Source of the DNA: Naegleria gruberi
Lineage: Eukaryota
Reading direction: 5' to 3' (one strand)
Length of the DNA: 64,000 nt
NCBI GenBank assembly: GCA_000004985.1
Contig: GG738879.1
Shown here: piece after piece, positions 33,657 through 44,407 of the stretch
Numbering within the stretch: position 1 is the first letter of the stretch
Layout: every line of letters starts with the position of its first letter
Notes under the pieces: generated by a model
What the model was told of the DNA's origin: nothing
Databases searched by the model: none
What the model saw: only the letters and a program-made list of their open reading frames with translations
Program-made: the position numbers and the translations under genes

Positions 33657-34781
33657 ATGAAAAAACTCTCTAATGCTCTCAAACCTTTAACATTGCTCAC
33701 TTTGGGAGGAGCAAGAGTGAGTTTGAGACCTACTAGTTTAATTATTAATAAACTGCAAAGTAAGACAACTTTTGGATATCATTCAACACACAAAAATAAT
33801 AGTACAACAAAAACAACATTAGAAGTTCCACAAACTTCCGATTCAAAAGAAAAACAACAATATGATTTTCAAAAATTACCAAAACTTTATTATTTATTTG
33901 TGATTGGAGGCAGTCTTGTGATTATAGCAAATTTTGTAGCAATTTATTTTGCAAAACAAGAATTTGATGAAGCAATTGGAAAATTCTCTTTGGATTTTAT
34001 TGGAAAAGAATCATTTAGTGATGAAGAAATTGAACAATTAAAATCATTGATTAAATCAACTACAGGACTTTTAAAAGTTGGATATTACCAAAAGATTTTC
34101 TATGAATCAAATTTATTGAAAGATTTAACATCACTTCAAGGAAAAACAATTACAAGTGAAACATCTAAACAATACGAAGTTCAATTGTTAATTGATAATT
34201 TACTAAAAATTTTGGATAAGTGTCCTTCAGATGAATTAAGATCAAAACAATATTTATATGTTTCTCCAGACGATAATGAACTAAACCAATGGGTGGAAAA
34301 GGATGCAGATACTTCTAAACAAGCTGGTATTTCTTCCAGTTTCATGACTTTACCTGCATTTTACAAAACTCTATGCTTTACTACTATTGCATCTCTTTCA
34401 TTTTTAAGACTTAATAGAATGCCTTATATTACTCAAAAGGGAAGAGTTACAATTGTTTCAATGATTTTACTTTATAGTGCATGGGTTGGAATGTTCAGAC
34501 CAGCTTCAATTAACAGAATTTCTGGAATTTTCAGTTCATTATTCGAATCAACCAAAGATGATAAGACTACAATTAGAGCGCCATTCGTTCATTTAATTTT
34601 CCAACAATATCTTACAATATTTTCCTTCATTATATGGTTGATGATGTATAGAGCAATCAAGTTTGTAATTCTTCCAGAATTATTATTAGGGTCTGATGAA
34701 CCAATCAAGTTTTTGGAAGCTCAACAAGAAAAAGAGAAGAAGCAATTAGCTCAATCAACTTCAGAAAATGAAAATAAATAA
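33657..34781 (+). CDS. Hypothetical membrane protein (374 aa)
   Basis: Presequence-like basic N-terminus and at least 3 hydrophobic segments. Uninterrupted ORF. Confidence 0.5.
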   Translation: MKKLSNALKPLTLLTLGGARVSLRPTSLIINKLQSKTTFGYHSTHKNNSTTKTTLEVPQTSDSKEKQQYDFQKLPKLYYLFVIGGSLVIIANFVAIYFAKQEFDEAIGKFSLDFIGKESFSDEEIEQLKSLIKSTTGLLKVGYYQKIFYESNLLKDLTSLQGKTITSETSKQYEVQLLIDNLLKILDKCPSDELRSKQYLYVSPDDNELNQWVEKDADTSKQAGISSSFMTLPAFYKTLCFTTIASLSFLRLNRMPYITQKGRVTIVSMILLYSAWVGMFRPASINRISGIFSSLFESTKDDKTTIRAPFVHLIFQQYLTIFSFIIWLMMYRAIKFVILPELLLGSDEPIKFLEAQQEKEKKQLAQSTSENENK

Positions 34782-34782
34782 A

Positions 34783-35061
34783 TTATTCTTCCTTAAGTTT
34801 GTACGGATTGAGGGGCTTGGCAAATTTAGGCATGAACACAAATAATTTGATGTAGAGAGGAATGAAGAGAATGATTCCGATAATTGCAATAGCCACAAAA
34901 ACATATCTTACATAGATGTAAGTATCCACTTTTTGTTGTGATGTAGTTAATACTATATAATTTTGAGATGTAATATCAAGAGGTAATTTGGGAGAAAGAA
35001 GGAAGAAGAGAAATATAAAGATAGGAATAAAGAATCCAATAAATATGACACATCTAAGCAT
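34783..35061 (-). CDS. Small hydrophobic ORF (92 aa, 2 TM), uncertain
   Basis: ORF only. An adjacent 61-aa TM ORF at 35093-35278 lies on the same strand. Confidence 0.25.
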   Translation of the reverse strand: MLRCVIFIGFFIPIFIFLFFLLSPKLPLDITSQNYIVLTTSQQKVDTYIYVRYVFVAIAIIGIILFIPLYIKLFVFMPKFAKPLNPYKLKEE

Positions 35062-35971
35062 TCGGCATGAGTAAAATTATTGTTAATCATCCTTACCCTT
35101 TCCTGAATCTTTTTTTTACAAAACAACAACAAATCATCAATAAGAACCAAATCACAAGAGAAACAATAAATATCAAAACTCCATATCCAATTCCTAAACC
35201 AGGGACAATAGCAGTAACGACCTCATTTGCCATTTTTTTTGTATGTTGATTTACAGTTTTAATATTGCTGATTCCCATACAAGCTTTTGTATTTCATCAA
35301 ATTCCATATTCAATTTTCTGAAGGTTGTTAGAGTTAGGGGTAATGGTGTGGCTCCAATGTTGAGGCAATAATAGCTGTTTAAATACTCAATAAGATTGCT
35401 TATTCAATATTCACTTGGCAGTTGTTCCATCAGATTTCAACTAATGAATACAATTCAGTAATACCCATTTTGTTGTTTCTTTTTAGTGGTCTTCTTCTTT
35501 GTTTTAGGTGTCAAATCATCTTCAGTTTCGTCTTGATTTTTACCTTTTCTTGGATTTGAAACCTTCAGTCATAACGCGAGATCTTAATTTTTCTCTTTGA
35601 GAGGGAGCTCCCTTGAAAGCATCCAATAACAGCTTGTCTTTTCTCAAAGCTTATCAAAGCCTTCTACATTTCAAGTCTGGATTGTTCCTTCATATTCTTC
35701 ATATCATATTAGCCCAACTGGACTTTTCCAATTCTAGTTTAATGAATACGATCTTCGGCAGCTTAAGAGATACGTGCAAAGTATCAACGTTTCAAGATCT
35801 TCTTTAGGGGCAATCCTGTAAGTGTTACTCCTTAGTATTATTTGATGAACCATCCACTCTCAAATTAGCTCCTAGGACAACCTTGAAACCCCGATTAAGA
35901 TGGATAAAATCAATAAAATTAAAATTTAAAAAAAAATAATAACAACAACACATCATCACAAGATATTTGTT

Positions 35972-37372
35972 ATGATTTTTAAAATGTTTATGCGTGCGGA
36001 AACAATACTGGAGTCTTCCGAAGACTTTCAAGTCGATGAAATTGGTTATACATATGATAGGATTATTCTAGGAATTATGACATCACTTGTTTGTCTTTAT
36101 ATTTTATTACAGATTGGTCTTACTTTCTACCACAAGCACAAAGTACCATCATTCCATTTCGGTTTTTTGGTGCTGTGTTGCATTTGGATGATTTTGAGGA
36201 CAGTTTATTATTTTTCTGTTATTGAAAATTGTGGTGTTTTCTTCTTGTACTACCTTCCTATTTGTGTAGAATTTGCAGTGTTTACTTTACTAGTAGTTTT
36301 CTTCTTCAAATTATTAAATTATGGAGGAGGTTGGGATAAATCAATTTTCTCCCGTTCTCATAACAATTCAACACCTTCTAACAGTATTTTAGTAGGTTCT
36401 GGTGTTCAATCTCCTCCGGAGAGAAGAAGATCTTCCAGGAATAGAATCAATGATAGTTATGGTGCTGTTTCTAATCACCATCACGTCTCTGTAAATGCTG
36501 CTTCAGAGGATGATGACACAAAATCTGATGCTTCTTTTGTGAGTCAAAATTTAGAAGATGTTATTTACGAAGAAGACTCTAAGTCAAGTTACTATAAGAC
36601 ATCAACAGGTGCCAAGTATTACAAGAAACTTCTTAAATCTATCTGTACAAAAAAGGTGATTTATATGGTAACATGGTTGATTTCCAATTTTGTATTTTTG
36701 GCAATAATCTTATCTTTCTGTATTACTTCATGTACTACTGCAATAGAAATAGAGCAAACTAATTCTATTATTGGATTTGCAAGTGCTTGCTCATTCACTA
36801 TTTTGATGATTATGTTATTAATTATTGGTATTAGAATGGTTTACATATTTAGAAGAAGAAATGATATTCCTGTGAGCTTAAAAGTCAGTAGAATTACTGG
36901 ACCAGGAATGATTGTCGTCATTATTGTGAACTGTTTTGTATTCACCAGTAGAGCTATATTTGATTGTTTGATTTTAATTCCTAATTTCCCAAAAGATTAT
37001 TTGAAAATTCAATTCTTAAGATCTACTGATTATGGAAGAATCTTTATTATTGTTACTAATTTCTTCTGGGAAATTATGCCAATTCTGAGTATTTTAATAT
37101 TCTTTAGCAAATTCAGTTTCGGTAGAAATGTTGTGAATATGAGCTTCAAAAGACAAGTTCAACCAGAGGACGAAACTCCAGAATCAGAATCAACAAATGT
37201 TGATCATGTTTTTGATCCTAACACTCCTTTGGTTATTGGTACAAACAATAACAGAAATGGAATGTCCAAAAGAAATGCGAGTTCAGGGTATTTAATTCAG
37301 GAGGGAGAAACAACAGAATCATCTCTTTATGATGATATTGAAACAGATAGCTCTTACAGTGCAAACGATTAA
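35972..37372 (+). CDS. Seven-transmembrane protein with a large Ser-rich loop between TM3 and TM4 (GPCR-like/TOM1-like topology)
   Basis: 466-aa ORF with 7 hydrophobic helices by inspection. No family motif recognised. Confidence 0.55.
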   Translation: MIFKMFMRAETILESSEDFQVDEIGYTYDRIILGIMTSLVCLYILLQIGLTFYHKHKVPSFHFGFLVLCCIWMILRTVYYFSVIENCGVFFLYYLPICVEFAVFTLLVVFFFKLLNYGGGWDKSIFSRSHNNSTPSNSILVGSGVQSPPERRRSSRNRINDSYGAVSNHHHVSVNAASEDDDTKSDASFVSQNLEDVIYEEDSKSSYYKTSTGAKYYKKLLKSICTKKVIYMVTWLISNFVFLAIILSFCITSCTTAIEIEQTNSIIGFASACSFTILMIMLLIIGIRMVYIFRRRNDIPVSLKVSRITGPGMIVVIIVNCFVFTSRAIFDCLILIPNFPKDYLKIQFLRSTDYGRIFIIVTNFFWEIMPILSILIFFSKFSFGRNVVNMSFKRQVQPEDETPESESTNVDHVFDPNTPLVIGTNNNRNGMSKRNASSGYLIQEGETTESSLYDDIETDSSYSAND

Positions 37373-37373
37373 T

Positions 37374-38456
37374 TTATTTGAATAGTTTAGAAAAAGTGTG
37401 CTTTTCCTTCTCCTTATACTTTTCCAATTCAGCTTTTGCTTTCTTGTGCCAAACCTCAATTTCCTTATTTCCTAAATTATTTTCAAGCAAGTCTGAAAAA
37501 TCCCTCTCACTATTTTGCCAATCTCCTCTTGAAAAGTATGAAACACCTCTTCTAAACTTGGCCTTTGTCTCAATTGCACTGATACCTTCCATCTCATTAT
37601 GATGGGTAACTAGTTGAAGAACTTTGTTGCACAATTCTATAACTGTTGCATATTCTGATTGTTTGATTTTAACTGCTGCAATATTTCCCAAAATAACAAT
37701 CTCTTTTTCTTCCAATAATTTTCTTTCATTTTCTTCTCTCATACCAGGCGCCAAATATCTAAATGCTTTCTCATATTTTTCTAATGCTTTTGAAAGATTT
37801 CCTTGCTTGAAAAATTGATTTCCTAGTTCTTTCAATTGTTCTGCAATTTCCATCTTTTTCCCAAGAGAAACATCTTCATTATCTGCTGGGTATTGAGGAT
37901 AAATATCTCCTTCCTCAACATTTTGTTGGTCTAGTATTCCATCACTCTGACCATGTTCAAGAACTCCACAATCCATAAAGGTAATTTCAATACTTGGATA
38001 ACCAGTTGTTTCAACGACAGGAATTCTTTCAATTCTACTAAGTATGGAAGTTCCTTTAGTTATTTTTCCAACAGGTAACAATTCATTCTTCATGTAAGAA
38101 AGGTTTGTTGTAGAAAACAAGAATTGTGACGATGCTTCTTTTGTTGATTTCTTATCAATGAACATAAGGAAATCCTCGTCACGTTCACTATCATAATAGT
38201 CATTTGCAAAATCCCCATCCACAACTTGTTTTCCTCCTTCTCCAGTGTTGAATTCATAATCACCAGCCTGAATCATCATCTTTTTAATTACTCTAAAAAC
38301 TTTACTTCCTTTGTAGCCTACTGGTCCTTTGCATAGAGTAATTATATTATTACAAATATTTGGGCATTTGTCTCTGAATAATTCTACTACAATTCGCCCT
38401 AATGAATTTCCTTTTACCTCAACTTCGAAAAAAACTCTATCAATATCCTGGCTCAT
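37374..38456 (-). CDS. Cyclophilin-40-like peptidyl-prolyl isomerase with C-terminal TPR repeats; cyclophilin domain divergent
   Basis: GRIVVELFRD...YKGSKVFRVIKKMMIQAGD is the cyclophilin core. The segment equivalent to the substrate-binding/catalytic strand (…SQFFIT) is degenerate (SSQFLFST). Canonical TPR helices sit at the C-terminus (ALEKYEKAFRYL...). Confidence 0.7.
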   Translation of the reverse strand: MSQDIDRVFFEVEVKGNSLGRIVVELFRDKCPNICNNIITLCKGPVGYKGSKVFRVIKKMMIQAGDYEFNTGEGGKQVVDGDFANDYYDSERDEDFLMFIDKKSTKEASSQFLFSTTNLSYMKNELLPVGKITKGTSILSRIERIPVVETTGYPSIEITFMDCGVLEHGQSDGILDQQNVEEGDIYPQYPADNEDVSLGKKMEIAEQLKELGNQFFKQGNLSKALEKYEKAFRYLAPGMREENERKLLEEKEIVILGNIAAVKIKQSEYATVIELCNKVLQLVTHHNEMEGISAIETKAKFRRGVSYFSRGDWQNSERDFSDLLENNLGNKEIEVWHKKAKAELEKYKEKEKHTFSKLFK

Positions 38457-39163
38457 GGTTTGTTGTATTTTTGTTTGTATTTTTATTTAGGGTTTACAAA
38501 TTTCGAAAGTAATTGATCTTGAATACAAAACCAACTGTTTTGGCCTGGAAGCTTCTCAACATTTTCAATTTATTTCCTTAAGAAACTAGATTTTTCGAAA
38601 AATCATGGAATCTTCGGAATTTCTCTAATAACTCAAGTTGACAAAGCATGTCTCCCTTATTTGAATTTTCTCGATGTATTGAACTTTGAAGAAAATGATC
38701 CAAGCAAATCATTCTTCTCTCTTGTGAAGATATCATCGTGAGTACAGGGAAGATTGGTTAGTTGAAGGCCTCTTCGTCGAAAGAGGAGTTTGTACATGTG
38801 ATGGTTTGTTGGGTTTCTTTTTTCTATGTTTCTTCTTTTTGGTGCTTTTCACTTCATTTAATTCAGGTAAAAATTGAGAAACTGGTGAGGGACTCTGATT
38901 GGTGTCAGAAAGAATTATTTAAATTGTAAACTTACTCTTTGAGGACCATCTTCTTCTGGTTGTGACAATTCTCCCTTATCCCCTTTTTTTATATCTGAAA
39001 GATAAGGAAGGCCTACCAATCCTCTTGCTTTCAGACTTGTGATATCTGGAAGAATTTCATGATGAACTTCTTGAGGTGGTTCTACTTCTTCTTTTCTCGT
39101 GTGTTTCTTCATTGTTTTAGCGAATCTGATTTCACAAATGTTACCAAAGTAATTAAAACCAAC

Positions 39164-40316
39164 TTACTTCTCTTCATCAATGTAGACAACAGAACCTTTT
39201 CTTTCTGTTTTTTCCTTCCTTGGTTTTTTCCATGAATTAAGAGAAATATTGTCTTGATCTAATAGTTGTTGGAAGTCAGTATTGTACCATTCTGAATATC
39301 CCTTTAAGTATGGGTGTTCCAATAAATCCTCATATGTACCTCTCTTGTTTGGATCAATGTTGAGACAAAATTTGATGAAAGAAAGAGCTTCTTTGGAAAT
39401 ATTTGTTTTGTATCTACTATCTAAGGAAACTATTCCCTCTGAAGATGGTTTTGGTAGATCTACATCTCTATACATTGGGTTATTATTGTACACTTCAATT
39501 TGTCTCTCTGACAATTTTCCAAAGCAATTAATAATTCTTGAAAGCTGATCAATATCAGAATCTCCAGGGAATAATGGTTGTCCTTCCAATAATTCCCATA
39601 ACATGCATCCAATAGCCCATATATCTACAGCTTTTCCATATTCTCTATCACCTACAACTAATTCAGGAGCTCTATACCATCTCGTTGACACATAATCGGT
39701 ATACTTTGCACCAGTTCCCTCCAATGCTCTGGCAAATCCAAAATCTGCTATTTTCATGACTCCACTTTTCGATACCAACAGATTTTCTGGTTTCAAATCT
39801 CTATGGATAATCTAAGCCCTTATTACAATAACAAAGCCGAGATGAACTTACATTCAAAGAATGACAATACTCGATGCCTTTCAACAGTTGGAATAAATAT
39901 TTCTTAGTCATATCTTCATCAAGACCGTAAGGATATTTTTCCTCTAGTTTCCCTAGAATGGTAGACTCCAAAAACTCGAACACAAGATACAGTTTTCCCT
40001 TTTTCCGAAAAACCTCCAACAAATTCACTATGTTTTCATGTCTTAATTGCTGCAAAATTCCTATTAACCTGTCGATGATGATTACGTACCTTTAGGATTC
40101 TAATCTCTCTTAGTGCCGTTTTTTTGACTTGTTCATCTTCATCAGATTCCTTAAACTTCTTAACGGCGACTACTTGACCTGTTTCCTTATGCCTACATTT
40201 CATAACAACACCATAGGCTCTAATCATGCCGATCAAGCAACAATTAATAAGAACAAAGACCGCCACAAACAAACATACCCTTCACCAATGATTCCAAGGT
40301 TCTCGTAGTTTTCCAT
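39164..40316 (-). CDS. Cyclin-dependent kinase-like (CDKL family) Ser/Thr kinase. Exons 40279-40316, 40090-40219, 39852-40049, 39164-39811; possibly further 3' exons.
   Basis: After removing three 40-59-nt introns (GTATGT, GTACGT, GTAAGT donors): [35 protein letters not shown]...[22 protein letters not shown]...[14 protein letters not shown]...DFGFAR...[13 protein letters not shown]. The TDY activation motif is typical of CDKL. A GTAAGT immediately after the annotated stop and downstream ORF 38915-39112 suggest an alternative longer 3' end. Confidence 0.8.
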
Positions 40317-40486
40317 TTTTTTTTTGGTGTTGTATCCTATCAACCGTTGTAGCCGAATGTTTTTCCTCTTTGTTTTCCAGGGTTATTTTAGTGATCTAAA
40401 GATAATAATTTCAAAAATATTGTGGTATGATGGGGGCAATCAGTATAAGGCCGCCAAAAAATTGATGATTTAAGGATTTTGAAAAA

Positions 40487-41687
40487 ATGCAAACAACCTC
40501 CTCGAGCGAAAACTCTTTCTTGGCTGATCATACAACACTATCATACAATGATTCTTCAATAGTATCGGAATCATCAAGTGCTATTTTGTCAAGTTTATTC
40601 ATGTTGGCAATTTCGTTAGGAGTTTATTCCTTATCACAAAGAACCACTTCTACAAAAACTAGTAAAAAATCGAAAAAGTTAAAAGAGGAACAAGGCAATC
40701 AGGAAATAGATCAAAGATTTAAACAAAGTAAGAAACCAACAAAGGAGGAAAAGAAAATAGCCAGAGAACTCTACAAAAATAGAAAACCAAAATCAATTGA
40801 CCAAGTTTTGTGTCAGAAAAAAATGGATTTAATCAAAAACAAACAAAAATCACTATCATATGGAAAAGAATTGGCTTCATGTCTAGGTGAAAGAAGATTT
40901 ATTAATCAAAAGAAATGGAACTGCTTATCCAGACCACAATACAAGTATTCTTGTGGAATTAGCTCACTAACATCTGTTTGGAATTTTCTCTTCTCATCAT
41001 TAGGCGAGGGAAGTTTACCACCACTCACTCAAGAAGAAGTTCTTTTAATACTTGGATTTAGTGAACCATTCGAACAAATAAGGTTTGTAGTCAAATAGAT
41101 ACAATTAGACTCACAGTTCAAGGTTTGGACCCTTTACTGGAAATCAAACATTAATGACATGGTTTAAAGAGCTCCTGGCAGCTTTTAACTGTAAAGGATC
41201 CTGTTCTATATTTTGGAAATGTGCAGGAGAGTCTGTGGCAATACCAACCAATGCAAAAGAGGAGATGAAGAGTGGTATTAAAGATACGAAGGTTGCTTTT
41301 ATTTATCATTGCTACAACCATTACATGGTACCAATCGGATATGAAGAAAGTTCTGAAATGCAATCCCAAATTTATGAAAAGGATATTGAAAAAACAAATA
41401 CATGGTTTTTAATTGGAGATAATAGTAGGCTGCAAGAACCAGTTGAATGTGTTAAATTTTCAGATATTGAAAAGGATTTAAAACAGGAAGGACCTAAATT
41501 TTTCAATATTAGACATCCAGAAAGAGGAATTCAGAAAAAAGAAGGAGGAAAATCACGTGGTAATGTAGATTGTATTCTCAAGTTCACATGTGATTCCACA
41601 CAAGTAAATATTAGACCTGAAAAGAGAACAAATTTTGACAAAACAAGGAAACAATCCTTTGAGCTTGTGTGGGCTGAAAAGTAAGCC
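40487..41687 (+). CDS. Phytochelatin-synthase-like (peptidase C83 papain-fold) domain protein with N-terminal TM anchor. Exons 40487-41082 and about 41117-41687.
   Basis: [15 protein letters not shown] matches the PCS catalytic-Cys region (AYCGLASLSVVLNAL). [13 protein letters not shown] matches the PCS His region (HFSPIGGY). 34-nt (or 40-nt) intron GTTTGT...CACAG. N-terminal hydrophobic [16 protein letters not shown]. Confidence 0.55.
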
Positions 41688-41888
41688 AAAAAATGTGGAT
41701 CGAAACGAAAAAAAAAGCCGCAATGTTGCCCTGAAATAATAAAATCAATCCACACCTGGAAAAAATATTTTATTAAAAAAATAGACATACAATTAACGGA
41801 TAGTTTAGCCACTTTCCAGTCATGTTTTTGGAATTTGCTTTACTTTACTTTCCTCAATATTATTTATTATTAAGACTCACTAATTGTT

Positions 41889-44377
41889 ATGTCCAATAAC
41901 GCAAATACTCCCAGGAAACATCGCTTTTCCTTTTCACTTTCTCCTTCCTCAAACAAGCCTAACATCTCTCCTTCATTCTTATCTTACAGACAACCTGAAA
42001 CAATATCAACTGCTTCATCTAGAAACAATTTATCTAACACTGTTCCACTATGTGATAGGTATGTTTTTCATCAAAGTCATTACCATTGTTAATCTTTTTT
42101 TCAATGTTGTTTTTGTTTAACGTCCGTTATTTTTCATCATACAATTTTAAATATTATTTAATTTTAAATAACATTATTCGTGATGAACGGTAACATAGAT
42201 TCATCTCTAATAGAAGCTCCTCTAACTTGCGGTTTGGTCTCTCCTCTCCCACAAACCATTACTCACCACAAACACAACAATCATCATTGCAACTGCTCTT
42301 TGATGTGTCTGATCAGAGTTATCGCCACTCTGTAACAGACTCCTCCATTAGAACAAGCCTTACTCCCTCCATATTTGATGGTAGTAATGTACAAGATAAT
42401 AGAATTTCCCATCTCCCACTCAATCGTCCAAGATCAGCCCCACTTGTGAATAACTCTTCAACCACTACACAAACAACACAACAAACTTCTCCTGAGGTAA
42501 GCCTTAGAAGAAGAAGAAGCCAAAGTTTAAATTCGTCATCAAATACATCCACCACCATTGTTGATTCCTCTCTTTCCTACAATACTGTATCCTTGCATCA
42601 ACATAGAACGTACACTACACCGAGCAGAACTTTAAGCAGAGCTGGTTCTGGTTATTCATCTCCTAGAGGCACAACAACTAGTAACAGCAGTACACAATTA
42701 AGTATTGGGTCGCTTTCAGAATCGGGAAGAAGTAACTCACTGAATAATAGTTCGAACTCTTTGAGCTCAATCAATTCCATACTTAATGATGGCTCTTTTG
42801 ATGATTCAATATTCAACTCTAATGGGTTAAGCAATGATTATGATCCTAATTTGAGAAATTCTGGGCAATCTGATAACTTGACATTTATTGATGATTTTTT
42901 GACCTCTACTCATTCCCACACAACCCTTTTTGATGAAGAACAAGAAAATTCAAATACATGTGAGGATACAATACCTCCGTCACGGGTACCTAATAGTTTT
43001 AACTTGGATGGAGTTCTTGTTGGAGGAAAGGGAGATGCATTTGATACTCTTTTAATGTCAGAGCTACTACCTAATAGTCAACCAATTAATAATCACCTAA
43101 CAGTTTCTGAAACACCTAACCCTGTATCTTATAATAGACGCACTCGAAGCTCTAACTCGTCACCTGTAAAAAGAATTAATACTAACAGCACACCTAACTC
43201 TAACATTTTGAACTTTAGCCCACATAACAAAACATCAAACAGTGTGGTAATAAGTAGGCGGCAGACATATAACAGTAATAAGGGAACCCCTGAACCTGCA
43301 TTCAGTATGCTTATTCATCCAAATAACACAGTCCTTACGAAAAATGGAATTAATCTGAAAACTAACAAAAAGATTGCTCTTCCAAAATCTAACAGAACAA
43401 TACCAGAAAAACCAATTAGAGTTCTGGATGCTCCTGGTCTCAAAAATGATTTTTATTTGAATCTTTTAGATTGGGGAGAGTCAGACCTTTTGGCAGTAGT
43501 TTTAAATACTAACGTTTTCCTTTGGAATGCTAATAACCATTCTGTATCCTCTCTTTTGACCACACCAGAAAATAACACAATAACGTCAGTATCTTGGATG
43601 AAAACAGATCCATACGTTTTGGCAACAGGTAATGAGGAAGGATTTGTTTCAATTTATGATGTGCAAAAAGAGAAAAAAATTAGAGATGTACATAGACACA
43701 CTGACAGAGTAGGAAGACTTGTATGGAATGGGTATTCTTTAACATCTGGATCTAGGGATAATCAAATTATTATAAGTGATATTAGAAGCAAAAAGTCAAT
43801 AATTCAGCTTTCTGGTCACTCCCAAGAAATTTGTGGATTGAAATGGAATAATACTGGAAAACAATTAGCCAGTGGCGGGAATGATAATAATCTATTTGTA
43901 TGGGAGCCTCAGCATAATAATAGATATCCAATGTGGAAATTTAATGATGGTCATAATTCTGCTATCAAGGCTCTTTCATGGTCTCCGTATGATAGTAATA
44001 TATTAGTATCAGGAGGAGGAGTGAGTGATAGATGTTTAAAGTTTTGGGATACTTCTAATGGCCAAGTACTGAGTACAAAAAAGACCAGTAGTCAAATTTG
44101 CAATATTTATTGGTCGAAATTTACAAATGAGATTGTAACAACACACGGGTTAATGAGTCAAAATCACATAACGATATGGAGTTCCTATCCGGAACTTAAT
44201 CCAGTTTCTACTCTCTATGGACATACTGAGCGAGTGTTATACTTAACAGCTTCTCCTGATGGTTCTCAGATTGTAACAGGTTCTGGTGATGAAACTATTC
44301 GATTCTGGTCCATTTTCCCAAGTAAGGAAAAACAAAACCAAGATATTCTTTCCAGAGTATCCCTAAACATTCGATAA
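41889..44377 (+). CDS. APC/C coactivator of the Cdc20/Cdh1 (Fizzy) family. Exons 41889-42058 and 42199-44377.
   Basis: Seven WD40 repeats at the C-terminus ending in the IR tail (…SLNIR*). The 140-nt intron (GTATGT...CATAG) joins …LCD|RFISNR, creating a C-box (DRFIxxR). Unusually long S/N/T-rich N-terminal region. Confidence 0.85.
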
Positions 44378-44407
44378 ATAAAACTAATTGATAAGCAATA
44401 TTTACAT

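Noticed and set aside
35730-35800. CTTCGGCAGC...GATAC segment resembling the 5' part of U6 snRNA
   Set aside because: Lacks the ACAGAGA box, the AGC triad and the 3' U-tract. Similarity is limited to about 15 nt.
38915-39112. 65-aa minus-strand ORF downstream of the CDKL stop, considered as an additional 3' exon
   Set aside because: A GTAAGT sits right at the stop codon and a frame-compatible acceptor exists, so an alternative longer C-terminal tail is possible. Without transcript evidence the simpler single-stop model was kept and the alternative only noted.
39282-39548. Plus-strand 88-aa ORF inside the CDKL kinase locus
   Set aside because: Antisense to the conserved kinase-domain exon. 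No protein-like features.
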